Positions 9,535 through 19,680 of a stretch of DNA of 64,000 nt are shown here, piece by piece. The notes under the pieces are model-generated. The model was not told where the DNA came from. It made no database searches and saw nothing but the letters and a program-made list of their open reading frames with translations. The translations under genes were made by a program, and so were the position numbers. This DNA is from Actinomycetota bacterium (GTDB lineage Bacteria; Actinomycetota; Coriobacteriia; Anaerosomatales; PHET01). How positions within the stretch are numbered: the stretch's first letter is position 1; each line of letters opens with the position of its first letter. The stretch lies in contig JBBIJX010000002.1 in the NCBI GenBank assembly GCA_037445775.1, positions 6,768 to 70,767 of the forward strand. The letters run 5' to 3'.

Positions 9535-10332
9535 GTGTGCGCGCGGATACGGGTCGACGCGCTGCTCTTGGAGCGCGGGCTCTTCACATCGCGGGAGCGA
9601 GCGCGGGCTGCGCTCCTCGCGGGCGAGGTGAGTGTGGACGGCGTTCCCGTCGAGAAACCCGGGCAGCAAGTACGCGATGACGCCGTCGTCGAGGTAGCCG
9701 AGCGAAGACGCTTCGTCTCCCGGGGCGGCGAGAAGCTCGCAGGCGCGCTCGCGACCTTCGCTGTGGAGGTGGCCGGGCGGCGCGCGCTCGACGTGGGCGC
9801 ATCCACCGGGGGGTTCACCGACTGCCTTCTTCAGCAGGGCGTCTCGCACGTCGTCGCTGTCGACGTCGGGTACGGGCAGCTCGCCTGGTCGCTTCGCACC
9901 GACCCAAGGGTGACGCTTCACGAGCGCACCAACATTCGCGCCGCGACGCGCGGGTCCCTCGGAGGGCCGTTCGGTTTGATCGTCGTCGACGTCTCGTTCA
10001 TCTCGCTCAAGACCGTCCTCCCGGCGCTGCTGGAGTTGCTGGACGGTGAGGGAGATCTGCTCGCGCTGGTAAAGCCTCAGTTCGAAGCTGGTAAGGCCCG
10101 TGTGGGAAAACGCGGGGTGGTGCGTGACCCCCGTGTGCACGAGGACGTGCTCGCCTCTGTCGCGGCCTCTGTCGAAGAAGCGGGCCTCGTGGTGCGCGGG
10201 TTCACGTTCTCGCCCATCACCGGTCCGCACGGTAACATCGAGTTCTGGGTATGGGCAGCACAAAAGGGTGTCGCGACCACGACGGTCCCGGCTGAAGTGG
10301 TCGCCAAGGCGCATGCCGAGTTGGGAGGATGA
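9535..10332 (+). CDS. tlyA: TlyA-family rRNA 2'-O-methyltransferase (S4 domain plus FtsJ fold)
   Basis: RVDALLLERGLFTSRERA is the S4 domain and LDVGASTGGFTDCLLQ is the SAM-binding site. The gene precedes nadK-recN, as in mycobacteria and Bacillus. Confidence 0.88.
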   Translation: MCARIRVDALLLERGLFTSRERARAALLAGEVSVDGVPVEKPGQQVRDDAVVEVAERRRFVSRGGEKLAGALATFAVEVAGRRALDVGASTGGFTDCLLQQGVSHVVAVDVGYGQLAWSLRTDPRVTLHERTNIRAATRGSLGGPFGLIVVDVSFISLKTVLPALLELLDGEGDLLALVKPQFEAGKARVGKRGVVRDPRVHEDVLASVAASVEEAGLVVRGFTFSPITGPHGNIEFWVWAAQKGVATTTVPAEVVAKAHAELGG

Positions 10333-10333
10333 C

Positions 10334-11185
10334 GTGCGGGTTCTCGTCGTGCCGAACACCGCCAACAGCGCCGCCGTCGGATCAGCCGCGGAGCTCGCTG
10401 CGTGGTGCGTCGGCGCCGGGTTGCAGCCGGTGTTCGCCGCCACCGACGCGGACGCCTGCGACCTGGGCGGGTTCGGAGTGGAGCCGAGCGATATCGGCCG
10501 TCCCGAGCTGGCTGTCGCCTTGGGCGGAGACGGCACCATACTCAAGGCGGTTCACCTTCTGGGCGAGGCTGACACGCCGGTCCTAGGCGTGAAGTTCGGC
10601 AGACTCGGCTTTCTGTCCGGGGTGCGGCCTGAACGTCTCCGGGAGGGTGTCGAGGCCGCACTGGCTGGCGAGGCACGTATCGAGCGCCGGACCACGCTCC
10701 GGGCCGAGGTGCTCATGGACGGGCGCAGCGTGGGTACGTACCGGGCGCTCAACGAGGTCGTCGTGTCCCGCGCCGGGTCCGGCCGGATAGTCTCATTCGA
10801 GCTCACGGTGGGAGGTCATGCCCTGCAGCGCATGAGTGCCGACGGTGTCGTGGTCGCGACGGCTACAGGTTCGACGGCGTACGCGCTCTCGGCCGGAGGA
10901 CCGATCGTCGCGCCCGGGTTCGGTGGCATGGTCGTCGTTCCGGTGGCCCCGCACACCCTGATGGCGCGCGCACTCGTGACCGAGGTCCACGATACCGTCG
11001 AGGTTGCGCTCGATGATCCCTCGCGTGCTGATGCGTGTGTGCTCGTCGACGGTGTGACGACTCCGTGCAGGCGGATGCTCGAGCGGGTCGTCGTCTCGCG
11101 CGGCGAGCACGACGTCGCCCTCGTGAAGCTTGAAGGGCGCGACTTCTACGAGACCGTCGCATCCGAGTTCTTCGAGGGCAGCTGA
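10334..11185 (+). CDS. nadK: NAD kinase
   Basis: LGGDGTILKA, the NEVVV motif, ATATGSTAYALSAGGPIV. GTG 10334 lies 2 nt after the tlyA stop; the track's 10100 start lies inside tlyA. Confidence 0.92.
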   Translation: MRVLVVPNTANSAAVGSAAELAAWCVGAGLQPVFAATDADACDLGGFGVEPSDIGRPELAVALGGDGTILKAVHLLGEADTPVLGVKFGRLGFLSGVRPERLREGVEAALAGEARIERRTTLRAEVLMDGRSVGTYRALNEVVVSRAGSGRIVSFELTVGGHALQRMSADGVVVATATGSTAYALSAGGPIVAPGFGGMVVVPVAPHTLMARALVTEVHDTVEVALDDPSRADACVLVDGVTTPCRRMLERVVVSRGEHDVALVKLEGRDFYETVASEFFEGS

Positions 11186-12822
11186 TGCTCAGAGAGCTTC
11201 GCGCCCGCGATCTCGCACTCATCGAGGACGCCTGGATGGAGTTTGGTCCAGGCATGACGGTCCTGTCCGGCGAGACGGGCGCAGGCAAGACGGTCCTTGT
11301 CGGGGCGCTCAAGTTGCTCCTTGGCGAGCGCGCGGACAGCGGCGCCGTCCGGAGCGGCGCCGGGCGTGCGATCGTCGAAGGCGTGTTCGAAGCGACCGGC
11401 ACCGAGCTGGTGGTCGCCCGCCGTGTCGGCGTCGACGGGCGCAGTAGGTGTCAGATCGACGGGGACCTGGTGACGGTGGGGGCGCTCGCCGACCGTGTCG
11501 GACCCTTGGTGGACCTGCATGGCCAGCACGAGCATCAGGCGCTGCTCGCCTCTTCGACGCACGTGGGCTACCTCGACCGCTGGATCGGACCGTCCGCCGC
11601 GTCCGCGCTCGAAGCGTATCGCGATGCGCGTGTTCGTCACGGTGAGGCCGTCGATGCGGTGGCCGAGCTCGAGAGGCGCGTTGAGCAGGCGAACCGGGAA
11701 GCGGAGCACCTGCGCTTTGTGGTCGCCGAGATAGGTCGCGTGGACCCGCGCCGGGGTGAGGATGCCGAGATCGACGCACGCCTGCCCGCCCTCGCGCACG
11801 CCGAGCGGCTCAGCGCGGCGGCCTCGGAGGTGGTCGCGGCGCTACGCGCCGACGGCGCCGCCCTCGACTCCGTCTCCGAAGCGGTAGCGGCGCTCGCGCG
11901 CGTCGAAGGCATAGACCCGGCGCTCGACGAGATGGGCAAGCGCTTGGCCGAGATCCACACGCTCGTCGATGACGTGGGCGCCGCCGCTAGGGTGTACCGC
12001 GATGCGGTCGAACACGACCCCGGCGCGATCGACCGGCTCGAGGCCCGACGGCGCGAACTCGTCGGCCTCATGCGCCGTTTCGGCCCCACCCTCGATGATG
12101 TTCTGACCGTGCGCGACGAGGCTGAGGCCGCACTGGCGTGCGCCGAATCCGGGGACGTGGCGCTCACCGGTGCGCGAGCCGCCGCCGCGGCGTCTCGCGA
12201 GCGTCTGGAGCATGCCGCGCTCGTTCTCACGCGGCTGCGCGCGGAGGCGGCGCCGGCGTTTTGTGAGTCGCTCGCCAGCGCGGCGCGTGACCTCGCGATG
12301 GGGGGAACGCGCTTCGAGGTGGCCTTCACGGACCTTGAGTTCGAGTCGTGGACCGCTGATGGCTCTGAGCGCGTCGAGTTCCTCTACGCGGCGGCGGCCG
12401 CGCAGCCCGCTCGTCCGCTCGCACGTATCGCATCAGGCGGTGAGCTGTCGCGCGTCATGCTCGCGTTGAAGAGCGTGTTCGGCAGTGCGGACGAGGTCGC
12501 CACCCTCATCTTCGACGAGGTAGATGCCGGCATCGGCGGAGCGACGGCGAGCGCGGTCGGGCGGAGGCTCTCAGAACTCTCGCGCACCCACCAAGTGATC
12601 GTCGTGACTCACCTCGCCCAGGTCGCGGCGTTCGCCGACGCGCACTTCGTGGTCAGGAAGCTTCTGTCCGGCGACTCGGCGACGACCACGGTGGTGCCGG
12701 TCGAGGGCGACGACCGCATCGCCGAACTCGCGAGGATGCTGTCGGGGACGGTGACCGAGACGAGCCGGGCCCATGCACTTGAGCTGGTGAGCTCCGCGGA
12801 GGCAGGCGTGCGGTCTGCGTGA
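11185..12822 (+). CDS. recN: DNA repair protein RecN
   Basis: 545 aa. Walker A SGETGAGKT, a long coiled-coil middle, C-terminal ASGGELSRVMLALK and IFDEVDAGIGG. Confidence 0.93.
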   Translation: MLRELRARDLALIEDAWMEFGPGMTVLSGETGAGKTVLVGALKLLLGERADSGAVRSGAGRAIVEGVFEATGTELVVARRVGVDGRSRCQIDGDLVTVGALADRVGPLVDLHGQHEHQALLASSTHVGYLDRWIGPSAASALEAYRDARVRHGEAVDAVAELERRVEQANREAEHLRFVVAEIGRVDPRRGEDAEIDARLPALAHAERLSAAASEVVAALRADGAALDSVSEAVAALARVEGIDPALDEMGKRLAEIHTLVDDVGAAARVYRDAVEHDPGAIDRLEARRRELVGLMRRFGPTLDDVLTVRDEAEAALACAESGDVALTGARAAAAASRERLEHAALVLTRLRAEAAPAFCESLASAARDLAMGGTRFEVAFTDLEFESWTADGSERVEFLYAAAAAQPARPLARIASGGELSRVMLALKSVFGSADEVATLIFDEVDAGIGGATASAVGRRLSELSRTHQVIVVTHLAQVAAFADAHFVVRKLLSGDSATTTVVPVEGDDRIAELARMLSGTVTETSRAHALELVSSAEAGVRSA

Positions 12823-12937
12823 CCGGCGGGCGCTCGCTGCGAAGCGATGGGCGGGCGGTCCGCGTGATAGGATACGCCGGCGAAGACGGTTCTCACCACT
12901 ACACCGCCATGGCGGGCAGTCTCGGCGCGGGAGCGGC

Positions 12938-14062
12938 ATGCGGCATCAGGGTATCGCGAAGCTCGACAAACGCACGAAGGACCTCGTGAAGCGGCTGGGG
13001 CCCGAAGATGTCGCCATCATCGACCACGTCGATATGGACCGGGTCAGCGCCGAGTCGCTCCTAGGGACCGGCGTGGAAGTCGTCGTCAACGCCGCTTCGT
13101 CCATCTCGGGCGCCTATCCGAACGTGGGTCCGCTTCTCCTGACGCGCGGAGGCATCACGCTCATCGATGCTGTGGGCGACGAGATATTCGAGCGACTGAA
13201 CGAAGGCGACCAGGTCGAAGTCGTCGGCGATGAAGTGCGGTGCGGCGAAGTGACCGTGGCCAGTGGAACGCGCCTGTCGGTCAGCGCTGTCGAGGAGCGC
13301 ATGGAGGCCGCGAAGGCGAACCTCGGAGATCAGCTCGACCGCTTCGCTCGCAACACCATCGAGTATCTCGAACGCGAGAAGGCGATCATCACGGACGAGA
13401 CGCTCGTGCCGCGGCTTCGCACCGAGCTTCACGGGCGTCACGTGCTCGTGGTCGTGCGCGGCTACGACTTCAGAGAGGATATAGAGACGCTCAGGTCCTA
13501 CATCCGGGAGATGCGTCCGGTACTCGTGGGTGTCGATGGCGGCGCGGACGCGCTGATCGAGGCGGGGTTCAAGCCGGCGGTCATCGTGGGCGACATGGAC
13601 TCAGTCACCGACGCGGCGCTCAAGAGCGGGGCGGAACTCATCGTGCACGCCTACGAGGACGGTCGCGCGCCCGGCATGGAGCGGCTCGCTGGACTCGGGC
13701 TCGCGAATGAGGCGCATGTCTGGCCGCTCGCGGCGACGAGTGAGGACCTCGCGCTGCTGCTCGCGTGGGAGTCCGGGGCCGACCTCATCGTGGCGGTGGG
13801 GACGCATGCGAACCTCGTGGAGTACCTGGACAAGGGGCGCAAGGGCATGGCGTCGACCTTCCTAGTGCGGCTTAAGGTCGGCCCGAAACTAGTTGACGCC
13901 AAGGGCGTGAACAAGCTCTACCGCAGCGCCGTCGGGCCGAGTCACCTGGTCATGCTCGTTGTGGCGGCGCTCGCCGTCTTCACTGCGGTCATTCTGATCT
14001 CGTCGGAGGTGCGGGCGTTTCTCGACCTCGCGATCCTGCGGATGCGCGTCTTCATACGCTAG
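12938..14062 (+). CDS. steA: SteA-like putative cytokinetic ring protein (thiamine pyrophosphokinase-like domain plus C-terminal TM)
   Basis: 374 aa with a C-terminal hydrophobic helix (LVMLVVAALAVFTAVILI). Its position after recN matches Rv1697 and Corynebacterium SteA. GGGAGCGGC precedes the ATG. Confidence 0.7.
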   Translation: MRHQGIAKLDKRTKDLVKRLGPEDVAIIDHVDMDRVSAESLLGTGVEVVVNAASSISGAYPNVGPLLLTRGGITLIDAVGDEIFERLNEGDQVEVVGDEVRCGEVTVASGTRLSVSAVEERMEAAKANLGDQLDRFARNTIEYLEREKAIITDETLVPRLRTELHGRHVLVVVRGYDFREDIETLRSYIREMRPVLVGVDGGADALIEAGFKPAVIVGDMDSVTDAALKSGAELIVHAYEDGRAPGMERLAGLGLANEAHVWPLAATSEDLALLLAWESGADLIVAVGTHANLVEYLDKGRKGMASTFLVRLKVGPKLVDAKGVNKLYRSAVGPSHLVMLVVAALAVFTAVILISSEVRAFLDLAILRMRVFIR

Positions 14063-14080
14063 AAGGGCGGAGGGTGTCTG

Positions 14081-14914
14081 ATGTACAACCTGCGGTATCA
14101 CATCGCCTCGCTCGTGGGTGTCTTCTTGGCGCTCGCCCTCGGGCTGGTCCTGGGCGGCCTCGTCGTGCAGCGAGGAGCGGTCGATCGCCAGCAGGTGGCG
14201 CTCGTTGAGGGGCTGCGCCGCGAATTCACTGACCTCAGGGACGAGAATCGCGTGCTCGCCGATGAGAACCGGCTGCTCGGAGCGTATGCTGGCCGGGTGA
14301 CCGACGAGTGGGCGAGCGGTCGGCTCGAGGACCGAGTGGTGCTCATCGTGACGAATGCCGAGCGTGAGGCCGCGGCGCGCCATGCGATGGACGCCGTGTC
14401 GGGCGCCGGAGCCGAAGCTGCAACGGTCGTGGTTCTGAAGTCCTCGTTCGGCCTCGAGAATGATGAGCTGGCGGCGCAGGTGACTTCGCTCGCCGGCGAC
14501 GCGGAGGCGCCGCTCGAGAGTATCGCGGAGTCTCTTGTTGCCGAGTGGACGAACCCCTCAGGCGCGCGGCCGGTCACAGATGCCCTCGTCGATGCGGACG
14601 TCCTGCGAATCGACGGCCTCCACAAGGGTGTGCTCGTTGTGGGACTTGTGGACGTGGCGCGAAACGGCGACGGGTTCGATCCTGCGGGCATCGCGCTCGC
14701 GCGTGCCTTCGCCGCGCCGGGTCCGAGCATCGTGGGCCAGACACCGGGAGCCGAATCAGGGGTGTTCGAGGCCGCTCGCGAGGCGAAGGTCTCCGGATTC
14801 GACACGCTGGGCACGCCGGTAGGGCGCTACACGCTCATCTCGCTTCTGACAGGGGCCGCACCCGGCCTCTACGGAACGGGTGACGGTGCGGACGCTCCGT
14901 TCCCGGCTCCCTGA
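14081..14914 (+). CDS. SteB/MctB-like membrane protein (copper transporter MctB family)
   Basis: The N-terminus MYNLRYHIASLVGVFLALALGLVLGG resembles the MctB/Rv1698 N-terminus. Its position after steA fits. Confidence 0.62.
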   Translation: MYNLRYHIASLVGVFLALALGLVLGGLVVQRGAVDRQQVALVEGLRREFTDLRDENRVLADENRLLGAYAGRVTDEWASGRLEDRVVLIVTNAEREAAARHAMDAVSGAGAEAATVVVLKSSFGLENDELAAQVTSLAGDAEAPLESIAESLVAEWTNPSGARPVTDALVDADVLRIDGLHKGVLVVGLVDVARNGDGFDPAGIALARAFAAPGPSIVGQTPGAESGVFEAAREAKVSGFDTLGTPVGRYTLISLLTGAAPGLYGTGDGADAPFPAP

Positions 14915-14927
14915 CGCCAGACAGCCG

Positions 14928-15617
14928 TCAACGGCGTCGGCCCTCGCCCTCGAAGGCCAGCCGCGCGAGCGCCAGCGCGACGTGGATGAACTGTCGCCCA
15001 CGGTGGATGAATCCTGCGAGGTCGCGGCCGGTAGCCGCGTGTGACATCGTCGTTGGCACCTCTACGACCCGAAGCCCGGCGCGAAGCGCCCTCACCGTGA
15101 GGCCCACTTCGGCGCCGTACCCGGACAGAAACGGGCGCACCGCGGCGAGGCACTCGCCGGTGAGCGCCCGTTGGCCCGAGAGGGGCGCCGAAGCGACGAA
15201 CCCCCCGCCCATGTGAGCGATGCCCCGCGCCGCGAGGCGCTTCACCAGACCGAACCCCGCTTTTCCGGTGGGCCGCGGGAACGTGGCCACGACCATGTCC
15301 GCTTCGCCGTCGATCACGGGACCGAGCAGCGCGGCCGCCTCGGATGCGGTGTCCGCCAGGTCGCCATCGAGCAGCAAGATGACGTCGGCGTTCTCGACCC
15401 GGGCCGCGCCCATCTCGAGCGCCGCGCCCTTGCCCACGTTGTGCGAGAGACGAACGACCTTCGCTCCGGCGGCCTCGGCGAGCGCGGCGGTGTCATCGCT
15501 CGACGCGTCGTCGACGACGACACACCGGCCTACCTGAGGGATAGCGAGCGCGGCGCGTACCGTGCGTCCGATCCGCCCGGCTTCGTCGTGCGCGGGGATG
15601 AGGACCGCGACGTCCAT
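14928..15617 (-). CDS. Family 2 glycosyltransferase (small, soluble type)
   Basis: 229 aa. VLIPAHDEAGRIGRTV, VVDDASSDDT, the LLLDGDL (DxD) motif and SGYGAEVGL. Its start overlaps the murJ stop by 1 nt. Confidence 0.8.
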   Translation of the reverse strand: MDVAVLIPAHDEAGRIGRTVRAALAIPQVGRCVVVDDASSDDTAALAEAAGAKVVRLSHNVGKGAALEMGAARVENADVILLLDGDLADTASEAAALLGPVIDGEADMVVATFPRPTGKAGFGLVKRLAARGIAHMGGGFVASAPLSGQRALTGECLAAVRPFLSGYGAEVGLTVRALRAGLRVVEVPTTMSHAATGRDLAGFIHRGRQFIHVALALARLAFEGEGRRR

Positions 15618-17260
15618 CAGCGCCCGTCACCTCCAGGGCGGAGGCGGCGCGTGAGTCTACCAGCTCCCGCCGCCAAGTCTCGTGCCTCGGGGAGTCTCAA
15701 CAAACGAGCCGCAACGAACGTGAGTGTGAGCCCTGCGGCCGCAGCGACCGAGAGTTGGAGAAGTGTGCCTGCGACGCTCGGCGAGCCGGACGCGAGCGCG
15801 CCGCTGACGCCCCATGCCGCCGTCCCTCCAAGGAGTGACGCGGCGAGCATTCGCAGGACCGCGCCTGAGAATCCCCTCAGGCCGAACGCGCCGATCTTGC
15901 GACGCAGCAGCAGCGCGAGCACGCCGAACTGCAGGGCGTAGAAGATGTCATCGGCCAGAGGGACCCCGTTGATGCCCAGACCGGACCAGCGTCCGATGCC
16001 GGTCGTCAGCACAAGGTAGCCGCCTACATGGACGATCGTGGTGCACGCGTTCACGAGCATCGGGGTGCGCGTGTCCTTGAGCGCGTAGAACGCCCGGAGC
16101 GAGAACATCATGCACGAGAAGAAGACGAGTCCCGCCGCCCACCAGCGAAGTGCCGCAGCTACCGCAGGGATGTCGGCTGCGTCGAAGCGCCCGATCAGGT
16201 AGAGCGAGGCAAGAGGCTCGGCAAGAGCGATGAGCAGCGCCGAAGCGGGCAGGATCAACAGCGCGGTCGCCCGCAAGCCGCGGGAGAACGTCGCGCGGAA
16301 CCGGTCTGAGTCTTGCGCGCCAGCCGCTTCTGACATCTCAGTGAAGATCGCCGTGGCGAGCGCGACGGCGAGGATGCCGTAGGGGAGCTGATAGAAGACC
16401 CACGCGTAGGCGAGTACGGCGGGGCCGTTGTCGCTCACGGAGAGCGCAGTCGCGTTGCGGAACGAGACCGCGACGAGGTTCGTGGTGACGTAGATGATCG
16501 TGGGCACCGCGAGCACGAGCATCCGCTTCACGTACGGGTCTCTCAGTCCGAGCGATGCGCTGTAGCGCACGCCGCATCTGAGGAGCGAGGGCACCATGAC
16601 GGCGAACATCGTGATCACGCCAAGCGTGGTTCCGGCCGCGAGCACCGTCATGCTCGCCGAATCGAGCGGCATGGTCGCAACGAACAGCATCGTGGCGATC
16701 ACGACGAGGTTGTTGAAGACGGGCCCCAGCGCCGTCCAGAGGTAGCGCCGGTGCGCGTTGAGGACCCCTTGCATGACCATGCCGCCGCCGTAGGCGACGA
16801 TCTGAATCGCGAAGAAGCGGAAGAAGAACTCGGCTTGGGCACGGACCTGTTCGGTGGACGCGCCCGAAGTGCGGAACGTCTGCGTCCAGATGAAGGGCTC
16901 GGGGAAGAGCGTGCCCACGACGGCGATCACGCCTAGCGACAGCACGACGAGGTTGAAGACGTGGCTCGCGAACCGCCACGCCTCCTTCTCGCCGCGTTCC
17001 GCTTTGACCTGCAGATAGGTGGGGATGAAGAGAGCCGAGAGGATGCCTCCGGCCACGAGCTCGAAGATCATGTTCGGGATGTTGTTGGCGATGTTGTAGG
17101 CGCTGGTGAGCCCGCTCGCAGCGATGGCAGCGGCCATCGCCCACATCCTTACGAATCCGGTGACGCGCGACAGCGTCGTCGCGACCGACATCGTCGCGGT
17201 GGAACGCGCGATCGAGGGGTTCGAGCTGATGGCTGCCTCCGGGGACGAAGGGGTGGTCAC
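15617..17260 (-). CDS. murJ: MurJ/MviN-family lipid II flippase (MOP superfamily)
   Basis: 547 aa and polytopic. TLSRVTGFVRMWAMAAAIAASGLTSAYNIANNIPNMIFELVAGGILSALFIP is the typical MurJ N-terminus. Confidence 0.85.
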   Translation of the reverse strand: MTTPSSPEAAISSNPSIARSTATMSVATTLSRVTGFVRMWAMAAAIAASGLTSAYNIANNIPNMIFELVAGGILSALFIPTYLQVKAERGEKEAWRFASHVFNLVVLSLGVIAVVGTLFPEPFIWTQTFRTSGASTEQVRAQAEFFFRFFAIQIVAYGGGMVMQGVLNAHRRYLWTALGPVFNNLVVIATMLFVATMPLDSASMTVLAAGTTLGVITMFAVMVPSLLRCGVRYSASLGLRDPYVKRMLVLAVPTIIYVTTNLVAVSFRNATALSVSDNGPAVLAYAWVFYQLPYGILAVALATAIFTEMSEAAGAQDSDRFRATFSRGLRATALLILPASALLIALAEPLASLYLIGRFDAADIPAVAAALRWWAAGLVFFSCMMFSLRAFYALKDTRTPMLVNACTTIVHVGGYLVLTTGIGRWSGLGINGVPLADDIFYALQFGVLALLLRRKIGAFGLRGFSGAVLRMLAASLLGGTAAWGVSGALASGSPSVAGTLLQLSVAAAAGLTLTFVAARLLRLPEARDLAAGAGRLTRRLRPGGDGR

Positions 17261-17382
17261 GGCGGTGCGGCTAACCGGGCCCAGTGTACCCGAGGCGCTG
17301 GGGGCCAGAGTCCTATGGCGGGTCAGGGCGTCATCAAGCCGTCACGGCCGTGCGTCCGGGGGTTCGGCTATCATGGGAGCGG

Positions 17383-19680
17383 ATGAGACGCCTTCTGTCG
17401 ACATTCGTCGTGGTGTCCGCGCTCGTAGCGGCGTCCTTGTCCACCTCCGCGGCGGTCGCGCAGCCTGTCAACAACCAAGTCGTCGTAGTGCTCGCGCCGT
17501 ACCTGATGTGGCAGGACCTGACGCCCACGTCCACGCCGACGCTGTGGTCTCTTGCTGAAAGGGGCGCGCTTGGGGCGATCAACGCGCGCAGCAGGGCCCG
17601 GGAGCCCGGTGAACCGTCGTCGCCGCTCGAAGGCGCGCTGACGATCTCCGCCGGTGCGTGGGCTGTTCCGTCGTACCCCGCCGCCGCCGCGCTTCGCACA
17701 GACGAGCGCCACGAGGTCGGCACTGCGGCCGAGGCGTTTCGCAGGACGACCGGCTTCCAGGTGGGTACGAACCGCATCGTTTTCCTTGGCATGCCCGTGA
17801 CGCAGCGCGTGAACGCCGAGAGGTCGTTTCGGGTGGTGCTGGGTACGCTGGGCCAGTCGGTCGAGGACGCCGGCGGCACTACGGCCGCGGTGGGCAACTC
17901 CGACGTCGGCTACGTTACGGGCGAGCAGCGCCGCGTGAGACCGGCGGCGCTCGCCGCGATGAACGGTGAAGGGCTCGTGGCGCTCGGCGATGTCTCGACT
18001 CGCCTGCTGCGCGAGGACCCAAACGCGCCGTTCGGCATCGAAACCGATCCTGAGGCCTTCGACACAGCGCTGCGTGACGTCGTTGAGGCTTCTTCGAATA
18101 CGAGCGGGCCGGTGCTCGTCGTACTCGATGCGGGCGATGCCTACCGGGCGAAGAAGTTCGAGCCTCAGGTGACGGAAGAGATCGCGCGCCAGCACCGAAG
18201 CAGAGCGGTCGCCGCGCTCGACGACGTCGTGCGTTCGGCGCGTGAGCGTTTCCCCGGCGCGGTCATCATCGTCGCCTCGCAATCGACCGGAGATGTGCTC
18301 GCCGGACAGATGGAGGGGCTCGGTCCACTGATCATCTCGGGCGGGGGCTGGTCGGGCATCTTGACGTCCAACTCGACGCAGCGAGACGGTGTCGTCACGA
18401 ACCTCGACCTTACGGCCACGGTGCTCGACATATTGGGACTCGAGCGGCCGGTACAGGTGTTGGGCAACGAGATGCGCCTGATTCCGGCTGCGGGTTCGGT
18501 CGAGGAGCGGGTCGAGACGCTCAGCGGGCTCGACGCGACGGCCGTCGCGATCGACTCGGCCAAAGTGGGCGTCGTAAACACGTTCGTAATCTTCACAGTC
18601 GTTGTGCTGGCACTCTCAGCCGTTGTCATCGCGCGGCATCGGCACTGGTCGAGCCGCATGATCCGCTGGTTCGTGGCTTCGCTCGAGGCGGCGCTCCTGC
18701 TCGCGCTCGCGGTCCCGCTCGCGAGTTGGCTCATGTTCGCGTGGGCACGCTGGCCTGCGGACCGTGCACAGGTGAGCAGCGCTCTCATCATCACGACGCT
18801 CGGCGTCTGGCTCGCGGGCCTCGCCCTTCGGTACCTGACCCCGATGCGGGTGCCGGTTGCGGCCATGTCGCTCGCGACGTGCGTCGTGCTGCTCGTCGAC
18901 CAGTGGCTCGGCGCGCCATTCTCGTTCACGAACTTCTTCGGCTACTCGCCGCTCAGGGCGGCTCGCTTCTACGGCATCGGTAACGAGGCGTCCGCGATGC
19001 TGTTCGGCGCCTCGATAGTGGGTCTTGCACTGCTTTCGGACGAGTGGCCAGAGTCGCGATGGGTGGCGTTGCTCAAGCGCTACGGAGTTCCGGTCATAGG
19101 CTTCGTGGTCGTGGTCACGTCTGCGGCACCGTTCTGGGGAGCGAACGTCGGCGTCGCCATCTGGGGCACTGCGGGATTCGCGATCGCCTGGTTGCTCATG
19201 AACGGGCACCGAGTGTCGCTGAAGACGGTCACGTACACGGCGCTTCTCATGATTACGACGATCGGGGTGTTCGCGCTCATCGATCTGTTCGGACCCGGCT
19301 CACAGACGCACCTTGGCCGCGCTCTGGTATCCGCGGATACCGGCGGCCTTGTTGAACTCTGGAAGATCGTTGCCCGGAAGGCCGAGACGAACATGCGGGT
19401 ACTCACGCACACGAACTGGGCCTACATCCTCATCGCGGTCGTTGCGTTCTTGGCCTTCATGCGGTGGAGGCCCCAGGGCGACTTCGCCGACACGCTTGCA
19501 CGCAACCCCGGCTTCGCCGACGCGATCACCGTATCGCTCGTCGCAGGCCTGGTCGCGTACTTCACCGAGGATTCTGGCATCGTGATCCCTGCGCTCGAGG
19601 TGTTCTACGTGGGCGTCGCTATCGCGTGGCTCATGCTCGCCCGGGTTCGTGGGACCTTGGATCGCGGCGACTCGCCGTGA
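17383..19680 (+). CDS. Uncharacterised exported-domain plus polytopic membrane protein (765 aa)
   Basis: Signal peptide MRRLLSTFVVVSALVAASLSTSAAVAQP, then about 400 aa of soluble domain, then about 11 hydrophobic helices. GGGAG lies upstream of ATG 17383. I do not recognise a family with confidence. Confidence 0.7.
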   Translation: MRRLLSTFVVVSALVAASLSTSAAVAQPVNNQVVVVLAPYLMWQDLTPTSTPTLWSLAERGALGAINARSRAREPGEPSSPLEGALTISAGAWAVPSYPAAAALRTDERHEVGTAAEAFRRTTGFQVGTNRIVFLGMPVTQRVNAERSFRVVLGTLGQSVEDAGGTTAAVGNSDVGYVTGEQRRVRPAALAAMNGEGLVALGDVSTRLLREDPNAPFGIETDPEAFDTALRDVVEASSNTSGPVLVVLDAGDAYRAKKFEPQVTEEIARQHRSRAVAALDDVVRSARERFPGAVIIVASQSTGDVLAGQMEGLGPLIISGGGWSGILTSNSTQRDGVVTNLDLTATVLDILGLERPVQVLGNEMRLIPAAGSVEERVETLSGLDATAVAIDSAKVGVVNTFVIFTVVVLALSAVVIARHRHWSSRMIRWFVASLEAALLLALAVPLASWLMFAWARWPADRAQVSSALIITTLGVWLAGLALRYLTPMRVPVAAMSLATCVVLLVDQWLGAPFSFTNFFGYSPLRAARFYGIGNEASAMLFGASIVGLALLSDEWPESRWVALLKRYGVPVIGFVVVVTSAAPFWGANVGVAIWGTAGFAIAWLLMNGHRVSLKTVTYTALLMITTIGVFALIDLFGPGSQTHLGRALVSADTGGLVELWKIVARKAETNMRVLTHTNWAYILIAVVAFLAFMRWRPQGDFADTLARNPGFADAITVSLVAGLVAYFTEDSGIVIPALEVFYVGVAIAWLMLARVRGTLDRGDSP

